NCBI RefSeq assembly: GCF_009914755.1
Contig: NC_060947.1
Strand: one strand, 5' to 3'
Source: the human T2T-CHM13v2.0 reference genome, Homo sapiens
Length of the DNA: 64,000 bases
In this document: in pieces, positions 13,501-26,310 of the stretch
Layout of the letters: the number at the start of each line of letters is the position of its first letter
How positions within the stretch are numbered: position 1 is the first letter of the stretch
Notes under the pieces: model-generated
Told to the model about the DNA's origin: nothing
Databases searched by the model: none
What the model saw: the letters and a program-made list of their open reading frames with translations, nothing else
Position numbers and translations under genes: made by a program

Positions 13501-16449
13501 CAACACAGTCTTCCAAGCCCGCTTAATAGCCACTTGCACATTGTAGAAAAAGTGTGTCGAAGCTGCGCTATCAAAGGGAAAGTTCAACTCTGTGAGGTGA
13601 ATGCAAACATCCCAAAGAAGTTTCTGAGAATGCTTCCGTTTAGCTTTTAGGTGAAGATTATCCCGTTTCCAACGAAACCTTCAAAGAGGTCCAAATATCC
13701 CCTTGCGGATCCCACAGAAAGAGTGTTTCGAAACTGCTGTTTCAAAAGGAATCTTCAACTCTGTGAGTTGAATGCAATCATCACAAAGAAGTTTCTGACA
13801 ATGCTTCTCTCTCGTCTTTCTGTGAACATAAAGGAAAAGGCGTTCAGGCCTTTGCCACCACAGGCCTGAAAGCGCTCCAAATGTCCACTTGCAGATTCTG
13901 CCAAAAGAATATTTCAAAACTGCTCTATGAAAAGCAATGTTAAACTCTGTGGCTCGAACACAAACGTCACAAAGCGGTCTCTGAGAATGCTTCAGTTTAG
14001 TTTTTCTGTGGAAATATTCCCGTTTCCAAAGAAATCTTCAAAGAGGTCCACGTATCCACTTACAGATTCTACAAAAAGACAGTTTCAAAACTGCTCAATC
14101 AAAAGGAGGGTTCAACTGTGTGACTTGAATGCAATCATCACTCAGAAGTTTCTGAGAATGCTTCTCTTTAGTTTTTACGTGAACATATACCCGTTTCGAA
14201 CGAAGGCCACCCAGTGGTCCAAATGTCCACTTGCAGATTCTACAGAAAGAGTGTTTCGAACCTGAACTCTCAAAGGCAGGTTCATCTCTGCGAGTTAAAT
14301 GCATTCATCATGAAGAACTTTCTCAGCGTGTTTGTGTTTAGTTATGGGAAATTATTCCCGTTCCCAACGAAATCCTCAGAGAGGTGCAAATGTCCACCTG
14401 CAGATTCTACCAAAAGTGTATTTGGAAACTGCTCCATCAACAGGCATGTTCAGCTCTGTGAGTGAAACTCCATCATCACAAAGAATATTCTGAGAATGCT
14501 TCCGTTTGCCTTTTATATGAAGTTCCTTCCTATACGACCGTAGGCCTCAAAGCAGTGCAAATCTCCATTTGCAGATTCTACAAAAAGAGTGATTCCAATC
14601 TGCTCTATCAATAGGATTGTTCAACTCCATGAGTTGAATGCCATCCCCACAAAGTCGTTTCTGAGAATGCTTCTATCTAGTTTTTATGTGAAGATATTTC
14701 CTTTTCCACCACAGGCCTCAAAGCCCTCCAAACGTCCACTTGCAGATTCTCGAAAAAGAGTGTTTCATAGCTGCTCTTTCAAAAGGAAAGTTCAACTCTG
14801 GGAGTTGAATACAAACATCACAAAGTAGTTTCCGAGAATGCTTCTGTTTAGTTTTTATGTGAAGATGATCCCGTTTCCAGTGAAATCTTCAAAGAGGTCC
14901 ACATATCCCCTTGCAGATTCCAAAGAAAGAGGGTTTCAAAACTGCTCCATCAGAAGGATTGTTCAACTCTGTGAGTTGAATGCAGTCATCGCAGAAAACT
15001 TTCTGAGAATGCTTCTGTCTAGGTTTGATGTGAAGATATAGACGTTTCAAATGAAGGCTACAAAGTGGTCAAAATATACACTTGCAGATTCTACTACAAG
15101 GGTGTTGCAAACCTGAACTATCAAAGGAAGGTTCAACTCTGTGAGTTGAATACAAACATCACAAAGAATGTTCTGAGTTTGCTTCCGTTCAGTTATGGGA
15201 AGTTGATCCCGTTTCCAACGAAATCCTCAGAGAGGTCCAAATATCCCCTTGCAGATTCTACAAAACGTGTGTTTGGAAACTGCTCCATCATAACGAATGT
15301 TCAGCTCCCTGAGTTAAACTCCATCGTCACAAAGAATTTTCTGAGAGTGCTACCGTCTGGTTTTTATATGAAGTTCTTTCCTTCACTACCACTGGCCTCA
15401 AAGCGGTCCAAATCTCCACTTGCAGATTCTACAAAAAGAGTGTTTGCAAACTGCTCTATCAAAAGGAATGTTCAACTCTGGGAGTTGAATGCAATCATCA
15501 CAGAGCAGTTTCTGAGAATGCTTCTATGTAGTTTTTAGGAGAAGATATTTCCTTTTCCAACACAGTCCTCCAAGCCCGCTAAATAGCCACTTGCACATTG
15601 TAGAAAAAGTGTGTCAAAGCTGCGCTATCAAAGGGAAAGTTCAACTCTGTGAGGTGAATGCAAACATCCCAAAGAAGTTTCTGAGAATGCTTCCGTTTAG
15701 CTTTTAGGTGAAGATTATCCCGTTTCCAACGAAACCTTCAAAGAGGTCCAAATATCCCCTTGCGGATCCCACAGAAAGAGTGTTTCGAAACTGCTGTTTC
15801 AAAAGGAATCTTCAACTCTGTGAGTTGAATGCAATCATCACAAAGAAGTTTCTGACAATGCTTCTCTCTCGTCTTTCTGTGAAGATAAAGGAAAAGGCTT
15901 TCAGGCCTTTTCCACCACAGGCCTGAAAGCGCTCCAAATGTCCACTTGCAGATTCTGCCAAAAGAATATTTCAAAACTGCTCTATGAAAAGCAATGTTAA
16001 ACTCTGTGGCTGGAACACAAACATCACAAAGTGGTTTCTGAGAATGTTTCAGTTTAGTTTTTCTGTGGAAATATTCCCGTTTCCAAAGAAATCTTCAAAG
16101 AGGTCCACGTATCCACTTACAGATTCTACAAAAAGACAGTTTCAAAACTGCTCCATCAAAAGGAGGGTTCAACTGTGTGACTTGAATGCAATCATCACTC
16201 AGAAGTTTCTGAGAATGCTTCTCTTTAGTTTTTACGTGAACATATACCCGTTTCGAACGAAGGCCACCCAGTGGTCCAAATATCCACTTGCAGATTCTAC
16301 AGAAAGAGTGTTTCGAACCTGAACTCTCAAAGGCAGGTTCATCTCTGCGAGTTAAATGCATTCATCATGAAGAACTTTCTCAGAGTGTTTGTGTTTAGTT
16401 ATGGGAAATTATTCCCGTTTCCAACGAAATCCTCAGAGAGCTCCAAATA

Positions 16450-19400
16450 TCCACCTGCAGATTCTACCAAAAGTGTATTTGGAAACTGCTCCATCAAAAG
16501 GCATGTTCAGCTCTGTGAGTGAAACTCCATCATCACAACGAATATTCTGAGAATGCTTCCGTTTACCTTTTATATGAAGTTCCTTCCTATACGACCGTAG
16601 GCCTCAAAGGAGTCCAAATCTCCATTTGCAGATTCTACAAAAAGAGTGATTCCAATCTGCTCTATCAATAGGATTGTTCAACTCCATGAGTTGAATGCCA
16701 TCCTCACAAAGTAGTTTCTGAGAATGCTTCTATCTAGTTTTTATGTGAAGATATTTCCTTTTCCACCACAGGCCTCAAAGCCCTCCAAACGTCCACTTGC
16801 AGATTCTCGAAAAAGAGTGTTTCATAGCTGCTCTTTCAAAAGGAAAGTTCAACTCTGGGAGTTGAATACAAACATCACAAAGTAGTTTCCGAGAATGCTT
16901 CTGTTTAGTTTTTATGTGAAGATGATCCCGTTTCCAGTGAAATCTTCAAAGAGGTCCACATATCCCCTTGCAGATTGCAAAGAAAGAGGGTTTCAAAACT
17001 GCTCCATCAAAAGGATTGTTCAACTCTGTGAGTTGAATGCAGTCATCGCAGAAAACTTTCTGAGAATGCTTCTGTCTAGGTTTGATGTGAAGATATAGAC
17101 GTTTCAAATGAAGGCTACAAAGTGGTCAAAATATACACTTGCAGATTCTACTACAAGGGTGTTGCAAACCTGAACTATCAAAGGAAGGTTCAACTCTGTG
17201 AGTTGAATACAAACATCACAAAGAATGTTCTGAGTTTGCTTCCGTTCAGTTATGGGAAGTTGATCCCGTTTCCAACGAAATCCTCAGAGAGGTCCAAATA
17301 TCCCCTTGCAGATTCTACAAAACGTGTGTTTGGAAACTGCTCCATCATAACGAATGTTCAGCTCCCTGAGTTAAACTCCATCGTCACAAAGAATTTTCTG
17401 AGAGTGCTACCGTCTGGTTTTTATATGAAGTTCTTTCCTTCACTACCACAGGCCTCAAAGCGGTCCAAATCTCCACTTGCAGATTCTACAAAAAGAGTGT
17501 TTGCAAACTGCTCTATCAAAAGGAATGTTCAACTCTGGGAGTTGAATGCAATCATCACAGAGCAGTTTCTGAGAATGCTTCTATGTCGTTTTTAGAAGAT
17601 ATTTCCTTTTCCAACACAGTCCTCCAAGCCCGCTAAATAGCCACTTGCACATTGTAGAAAAAGTGTGTCAAAGCTGCGCTATCAAAGGGAAAGTTCAACT
17701 CTGTGAGGTGAATGCAAACATCCCAAAGAAGTTTCTGAGAATGCTTCCGTTTAGCTTTTAGGTGAAGATTATCCCGTTTCCAACGAAACCTTCAAAGAGG
17801 TCCAAATATCCCCTTGCGGATCCCACAGAAAGAGTGTTTCGAAACTGCTGTTTCAAAAGGAATCTTCAACTCTGTGAGTTGAATGCAATCATCACAAAGA
17901 AGTTTCTGACAATGCTTCTCTCTCGTCTTTCTGTGAAGATAAAGGAAAAGGCTTTCAGGCCTTTGCCACCACAGGCCTGAAAGCGCTCCAAATGTCCACT
18001 TGCAGATTCTGCGAAAAGAATATTTCAAAACTGCTCTATGAAAAGCAATGTTAAACTCTGTGGCTCGAACACAAACATCACAAAGCGGTTTCTGAGAATG
18101 TTTCAGTTTAGTTTTTCTGTGGAAATATTCCCGTTTCCAAAGAAATCTTCAAAGAGGTCCACGTATCCACTTACAGATTCTACAAAAAGACAGTTTCAAA
18201 ACTGCTCCATCAAAAGGAGGGTTCAACTGTGTGACTTGAATGCAATCATCACTCAGAAGTTTCTGAGAATGCTTCTCTTTAGTTTTTACGTGAACATATA
18301 CCCGTTTGGAACGAAGGCCAGCCAGTGGTCCAAATATCCACTTGCAGATTCTACAGAAAGAGTGTTTCGAACCTGAACTCTCAAAGGCAGGTTCATCTCT
18401 GCGAGTTGAATGCATTCATCATGAAGAACTTTCTCAGAGTGTTTGTGTTTAGTTATGGGAAATTATTCCCGTTTCCAACGAAATCCTCAGAGAGCTCCAA
18501 ATATCCACCTGCAGATTCTACCAAAAGTGTATTTGGAAACTGCTCCATCGAAAGGCATGTTCAGCTCTGTGAGTGAAACTCCATCATCACAAAGAATATT
18601 CTGAGAATGCTTCCGTTTGCCTTTTATATGAAGTTCCTTCCTATACGACCGTAGGCCTCAAAGCAGTCCAAATCTCCATTTGCAGATTCTACAAAAAGAG
18701 TGATTCCAATCTGCTCTATCAATAGGATTGTTCAACTCCATGAGTTGAATGCCATCCTCACAAAGTAGTTTCTGAGAATGCTTCTATCTGGTTTTTGTGT
18801 GAAGATATTTCCTTTTCCACCACAGGCCTCAAAGCCCTCCAAACGTCCACTTGCAGATTCTCGAAAAAGAGTGTTTCATAGCTGCTCTTTCAAAAGGAAA
18901 GTTCAACTCTGGGAGTTGAATACAAACATCACAAAATAGTTTCCGAGAATGCTTCTGTTTAGTTCTTATGTGAAGATGATCCCGTTTCCAGTGAAATCTT
19001 CAAAGAGGTCCACATATCCCCTTGCAGATTCCAAAGAAAGAGGGTTTCAAAACTGCTCCATCAAAAGGATTGTTCAACTCTGTGAGTTGAATGCAGTCAT
19101 CGCAGAAAACTTTCTGAGAATGCTTCTGTCTAGGTTTGATGTGAAGATATAGACGTTTCAAACGAAGGCTACAAAGTGGTCAAAATATACACTTGCAGAT
19201 TCTACTACAAGGGTGTTGCAAACCTGAACTATCAAAGGAAGGTTCAACTCTGTGGGTTGAATACAAACATCACAAAGAATGTTCTGAGTTTGCTTCCGTT
19301 CAGTTATGGGAAGTTGATCCCCTTCCCAACGAAATCCTCAGAGAGGTCCAAATATCCCCTTGCAGATTCTACAAAACGTGTGTTTGGAAACTGCTCCATC

Positions 19401-22400
19401 ATAACGAATGTTCAGCTCTCTGAGTTAAACTCCATCGTCACAAAGAATTTTCTGAGAGTGCTACCGTCTAGTTTTTATATGAAGTTCTTTCCTTTACTAC
19501 CACAGGCCTCAAAGCGGTACAAATCTCCACTTGCAGATTCTACAAAAAGAGTGTCTGCAAACTGCTCTATCAAAAGGAATGTTCAACTCTGGGAGTTGAA
19601 TGCAATCATCACAGAGCAGTTTCTGAGAAGGCTTCTATGTCGTTTTTAGGAGAAGATATTTCCTTTTCCAACACAGTCCTCCAAGCCCGCTAAATATCCA
19701 CTTGCACATTGTAGAAAAAGTGTGTTGAAGCTGCGCTATCAAAGGGAAAGTTCAACTCTGTGAGGTGAATGCAAACATCCCAAAGAAGTTTCTGAGAATG
19801 CTTCCGTTTAGCTTTTAGGTGAAGATTATCCCGTTTCCAACGAAAGCTTCAAAGAGGTCCAAATATCCCCTTGCGGATCCCACAGAAAGAGTGTTTCGAA
19901 ACTGCTGTTTCAAAAGGAATCTTCAACTCTGTGAGTTGAATGCAATCATCACAAAGAAGTTTCTGACAATGCTTCTCTCTCGTCTTTCTGTGAAGATAAA
20001 GGAAAAGGCTTTCAGGTCTTTTCCACCACAGGCCTGAAAGCGCTCCAAATGTCCACTTGCAGATTCTGCCAAAAGAATATTTCAAAACTGCTCTATGAAA
20101 AGCAATGTTAAACTCTGCGGCTCGAACACAAACATCACAAAGCAGTTTCTGAGAATGCTTCAGTTTAGTTTTTCTGTGGAAATATTCCCGTTTCCAAAGA
20201 AATCTTCAAAGAGGTCCACGTATCCACTTACAGATTCTACAAAAAGACAGTTTCAAAACTGCTCCATCAAAAGGAGGGTTCAACTGTGTGACTTGAATGC
20301 AATCATCACTCAGAAGTTTCTGAGAATGCTTCTCTTTAGTTTTTACGTGAACATATACCCGTTTCGAACGAAGGCCACCCAGTGGTCCAAATATCCACTT
20401 GCAGATTCTACAGAAAGAGTGTTTCGAACCTGAACTCTCAAAGGCAGGTTCATCTCTGCGAGTTAAATGCATTCATCATGAAGAACTTTCTCAGAGTGTT
20501 TGTGTTTAGTTATGGGAAATTATTCCCGTTTCCAACGAAATCCTCAGAGAGCTCCAAATATCCACCTGCAGATTCTACCAAAAGTGTATTTGGAAACTGC
20601 TCCATCAAAAGGCATGTTCAGCTCTGTGAATGAAACTCCATCATCACAACGAATATTCTGAGAATGCTTCCGTTTACCTTTTATATGAAGTTCCTTCCTA
20701 TACGACCGTAGGCCTCAAAGGAGTCCAAATCTCCATTTGCAGATTCTACAAAAAGAGTGATTCCAATCTGCTCTATCAATAGGATTGTTCAACTCCATGA
20801 GTTGAATGCCATCCTCACAAAGTAGTTTCTGAGAATGCTTCTATCTAGTTTTTATGTGAAGATATTTCCTTTTCCACCACAGGCCTCAAAGCCCTCCAAA
20901 CGTCCACTTGCAGATTCTCGAAAAAGAGTGTTTCATAGCTGCTCTTTCAAAAGGAAAGTTCAACTCTGGGAGTTGAATACAAACATCACAAAGTAGTTTC
21001 CGAGAATGCTTCTGTTTAGTTTTTATGTGAAGATGATCCCGTTTCCAGTGAAATCTTCAAAGAGGTCCACATATCCCCTTGCAGATTCCAAAGAAAGAGG
21101 GTTTCAAAACTGCTCCATCAAAAGGATTGTTCAACTCTGTGAGTTGAATGCAGTCATCGCAGAAAACTTTCTGAGAATGCTTCTGTCTAGGTTTGATGTG
21201 AAGATATAGACGTTTCAAATGAAGGCTACAAAGTGGTCAAAATATACACTTGCAGATTCTACTACAAGGGTGTTGCAAACCTGAACTATCAAAGGAAGGT
21301 TCAACTCTGTGAGTTGAATACAAACATCACAAAGAATGTTCTGAGTTTGCTTCCGTTCAGTTATGGGAAGTTGATCCCGTTTCCAACGAAATCCTCAGAG
21401 AGGTCCAAATATCCCCTTGCAGATTCTACAAAACGTGTGTTTGGAAACTGCTCCATCATAACGAATGTTCAGCTCCCTGAGTTAAACTCCATCGTCACAA
21501 AGAATTTTCTGAGAGTGCTACCGTCTGGTTTTTATATGAAGTTCTTTCCTTCACTACCACAGGCCTCAAAGCGGTCCAAATCTCCACTTGCAGATTCTAC
21601 AAAAAGAGTGTTTGCAAACTGCTCTATCAAAAGGAATGTTCAACTCTGGGAGTTGAATGCAATCATCACAGAGCAGTTTCTGAGAATGCTTCTATGTCGT
21701 TTTTAGAAGATATTTCCTTTTCCAACACAGTCCTCCAAGCCCGCTAAATAGCCACTTGCACATTGTAGAAAAAGTGTGTCAAAGCTGCGCTATCAAAGGG
21801 AAAGTTCAACTCTGTGAGGTGAATGCAAACATCCCAAAGAAGTTTCTGAGAATGCTTCCGTTTAGCTTTTAGGTGAAGATTATCCCGTTTCCAACGAAAC
21901 CTTCAAAGAGGTCCAAATATCCCCTTGCGGATCCCACAGAAAGAGTGTTTCGAAACTGCTGTTTCAAAAGGAATCTTCAACTCTGTGAGTTGAATGCAAT
22001 CATCACAAAGAAGTTTCTGACAATGCTTCTCTCTCGTCTTTCTGTGAAGATAAAGGAAAAGGCTTTCAGGCCTTTGCCACCACAGGCCTGAAAGCGCTCC
22101 AAATGTCCACTTGCAGATTCTGCGAAAAGAATATTTCAAAACTGCTCTATGAAAAGCAATGTTAAACTCTGTGGCTCGAACACAAACATCACAAAGCGGT
22201 TTCTGAGAATGTTTCAGTTTAGTTTTTCTGTGGAAATATTCCCGTTTCCAAAGAAATCTTCAAAGAGGTCCACGTATCCACTTACAGATTCTACAAAAAG
22301 ACAGTTTCAAAACTGCTCCATCAAAAGGAGGGTTCAACTGTGTGACTTGAATGCAATCATCACTCAGAAGTTTCTGAGAATGCTTCTCTTTAGTTTTTAC

Positions 22401-25400
22401 GTGAACATATACCCGTTTGGAACGAAGGCCAGCCAGTGGTCCAAATATCCACTTGCAGATTCTACAGAAAGAGTGTTTCGAACCTGAACTCTCAAAGGCA
22501 GGTTCATCTCTGCGAGTTGAATGCATTCATCATGAAGAACTTTCTCAGAGTGTTTGTGTTTAGTTATGGGAAATTATTCCCGTTTCCAACGAAATCCTCA
22601 GAGAGCTCCAAATATCCACCTGCAGATTCTACCAAAAGTGTATTTGGAAACTGCTCCATCGAAAGGCATGTTCAGCTCTGTGAGTGAAACTCCATCATCA
22701 CAAAGAATATTCTGAGAATGCTTCCGTTTGCCTTTTATATGAAGTTCCTTCCTATACGACCGTAGGCCTCAAAGCAGTCCAAATCTCCATTTGCAGATTC
22801 TACAAAAAGAGTGATTCCAATCTGCTCTATCAATAGGATTGTTCAACTCCATGAGTTGAATGCCATCCTCACAAAGTAGTTTCTGAGAATGCTTCTATCT
22901 GGTTTTTGTGTGAAGATATTTCCTTTTCCACCACAGGCCTCAAAGCCCTCCAAACGTCCACTTGCAGATTCTCGAAAAAGAGTGTTTCATAGCTGCTCTT
23001 TCAAAAGGAAAGTTCAACTCTGGGAGTTGAATACAAACATCACAAAATAGTTTCCGAGAATGCTTCTGTTTAGTTCTTATGTGAAGATGATCCCGTTTCC
23101 AGTGAAATCTTCAAAGAGGTCCACATATCCCCTTGCAGATTCCAAAGAAAGAGGGTTTCAAAACTGCTCCATCAAAAGGATTGTTCAACTCTGTGAGTTG
23201 AATGCAGTCATCGCAGAAAACTTTCTGAGAATGCTTCTGTCTAGGTTTGATGTGAAGATATAGACGTTTCAAACGAAGGCTACAAAGTGGTCAAAATATA
23301 CACTTGCAGATTCTACTACAAGGGTGTTGCAAACCTGAACTATCAAAGGAAGGTTCAACTCTGTGGGTTGAATACAAACATCACAAAGAATGTTCTGAGT
23401 TTGCTTCCGTTCAGTTATGGGAAGTTGATCCCCTTCCCAACGAAATCCTCAGAGAGGTCCAAATATCCCCTTGCAGATTCTACAAAACGTGTGTTTGGAA
23501 ACTGCTCCATCATAACGAATGTTCAGCTCTCTGAGTTAAACTCCATCGTCACAAAGAATTTTCTGAGAGTGCTACCGTCTAGTTTTTATATGAAGTTCTT
23601 TCCTTTACTACCACAGGCCTCAAAGCGGTACAAATCTCCACTTGCAGATTCTACAAAAAGAGTGTCTGCAAACTGCTCTATCAAAAGGAATGTTCAACTC
23701 TGGGAGTTGAATGCAATCATCACAGAGCAGTTTCTGAGAAGGCTTCTATGTCGTTTTTAGGAGAAGATATTTCCTTTTCCAACACAGTCCTCCAAGCCCG
23801 CTAAATATCCACTTGCACATTGTAGAAAAAGTGTGTTGAAGCTGCGCTATCAAAGGGAAAGTTCAACTCTGTGAGGTGAATGCAAACATCCCAAAGAAGT
23901 TTCTGAGAATGCTTCCGTTTAGCTTTTAGGTGAAGATTATCCCGTTTCCAACGAAAGCTTCAAAGAGGTCCAAATATCCCCTTGCGGATCCCACAGAAAG
24001 AGTGTTTCGAAACTGCTGTTTCAAAAGGAATCTTCAACTCTGTGAGTTGAATGCAATCATCACAAAGAAGTTTCTGACAATGCTTCTCTCTCGTCTTTCT
24101 GTGAAGATAAAGGAAAAGGCTTTCAGGTCTTTTCCACCACAGGCCTGAAAGCGCTCCAAATGTCCACTTGCAGATTCTGCCAAAAGAATATTTCAAAACT
24201 GCTCTATGAAAAGCAATGTTAAACTCTGCGGCTCGAACACAAACATCACAAAGCAGTTTCTGAGAATGCTTCAGTTTAGTTTTTCTGTGGAAATATTCCC
24301 GTTTCCAAAGAAATCTTCAAAGAGGTCCACGTATCCACTTACAGATTCTACAAAAAGACAGTTTCAAAACTGCTCCATCAAAAGGAGGGTTCAACTGTGT
24401 GACTTGAATGCAATCATCACTCAGAAGTTTCTGAGAATGCTTCTCTTTAGTTTTTACGTGAACATATACCCGTTTCGAACGAAGGCCACCCAGTGGTCCA
24501 AATATCCACTTGCAGATTCTACAGAAAGAGTGTTTCGAACCTGAACTCTCAAAGGCAGGTTCATCTCTGCGAGTTAAATGCATTCATCATGAAGAACTTT
24601 CTCAGAGTGTTTGTGTTTAGTTATGGGAAATTATTCCCGTTTCCAACGAAATCCTCAGAGAGCTCCAAATATCCACCTGCAGATTCTACCAAAAGTGTAT
24701 TTGGAAACTGCTCCATCAAAAGGCATGTTCAGCTCTGTGAATGAAACTCCATCATCACAACGAATATTCTGAGAATGCTTCCGTTTACCTTTTATATGAA
24801 GTTCCTTCCTATACGACCGTAGGCCTCAAAGGAGTCCAAATCTCCATTTGCAGATTCTACAAAAAGAGTGATTCCAATCTGCTCTATCAATAGGATTGTT
24901 CAACTCCATGAGTTGAATGCCATCCTCACAAAGTAGTTTCTGAGAATGCTTCTATCTAGTTTTTATGTGAAGATATTTCCTTTTCCACCACAGGCCTCAA
25001 AGCCCTCCAAACGTCCACTTGCAGATTCTCGAAAAAGAGTGTTTCATAGCTGCTCTTTCAAAAGGAAAGTTCAACTCTGGGAGTTGAATACAAACATCAC
25101 AAAGTAGTTTCCGAGAATGCTTCTGTTTAGTTTTTATGTGAAGATGATCCCGTTTCCAGTGAAATCTTCAAAGAGGTCCACATATCCCCTTGCAGATTCC
25201 AAAGAAAGAGGGTTTCAAAACTGCTCCATCAAAAGGATTGTTCAACTCTGTGAGTTGAATGCAGTCATCGCAGAAAACTTTCTGAGAATGCTTCTGTCTA
25301 GGTTTGATGTGAAGATATAGACGTTTCAAATGAAGGCTACAAAGTGGTCAAAATATACACTTGCAGATTCTACTACAAGGGTGTTGCAAACCTGAACTAT

Positions 25401-26310
25401 CAAAGGAAGGTTCAACTCTGTGAGTTGAATACAAACATCACAAAGAATGTTCTGAGTTTGCTTCCGTTCAGTTATGGGAAGTTGATCCCGTTTCCAACGA
25501 AATCCTCAGAGAGGTCCAAATATCCCCTTGCAGATTCTACAAAACGTGTGTTTGGAAACTGCTCCATCATAACGAATGTTCAGCTCCCTGAGTTAAACTC
25601 CATCGTCACAAAGAATTTTCTGAGAGTGCTACCGTCTGGTTTTTATATGAAGTTCTTTCCTTCACTACCACAGGCCTCAAAGCGGTCCAAATCTCCACTT
25701 GCAGATTCTACAAAAAGAGTGTTTGCAAACTGCTCTATCAAAAGGAATGTTCAACTCTGGGAGTTGAATGCAATCATCACAGAGCAGTTTCTGAGAATGC
25801 TTCTATGTCGTTTTTAGAAGATATTTCCTTTTCCAACACAGTCCTCCAAGCCCGCTAAATAGCCACTTGCACATTGTAGAAAAAGTGTGTCAAAGCTGCG
25901 CTATCAAAGGGAAAGTTCAACTCTGTGAGGTGAATGCAAACATCCCAAAGAAGTTTCTGAGAATGCTTCCGTTTAGCTTTTAGGTGAAGATTATCCCGTT
26001 TCCAACGAAACCTTCAAAGAGGTCCAAATATCCCCTTGCGGATCCCACAGAAAGAGTGTTTCGAAACTGCTGTTTCAAAAGGAATCTTCAACTCTGTGAG
26101 TTGAATGCAATCATCACAAAGAAGTTTCTGACAATGCTTCTCTCTCGTCTTTCTGTGAAGATAAAGGAAAAGGCTTTCAGGCCTTTGCCACCACAGGCCT
26201 GAAAGCGCTCCAAATGTCCACTTGCAGATTCTGCGAAAAGAATATTTCAAAACTGCTCTATGAAAAGCAATGTTAAACTCTGTGGCTCGAACACAAACAT
26301 CACAAAGCGG
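16450..26310. repeat. Tandem two-HOR super-repeat, 4111-bp period, ~2.4 copies (U9-U10, U11-U12, U13)
   Basis: Unit lengths alternate 2054/2057. Rare variants recur at +4111: aaaggagtcc ~16607/20718/24829, gtttggaacg ~18304/22415, gcggtac ~19514/23625. Confidence 0.88.
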
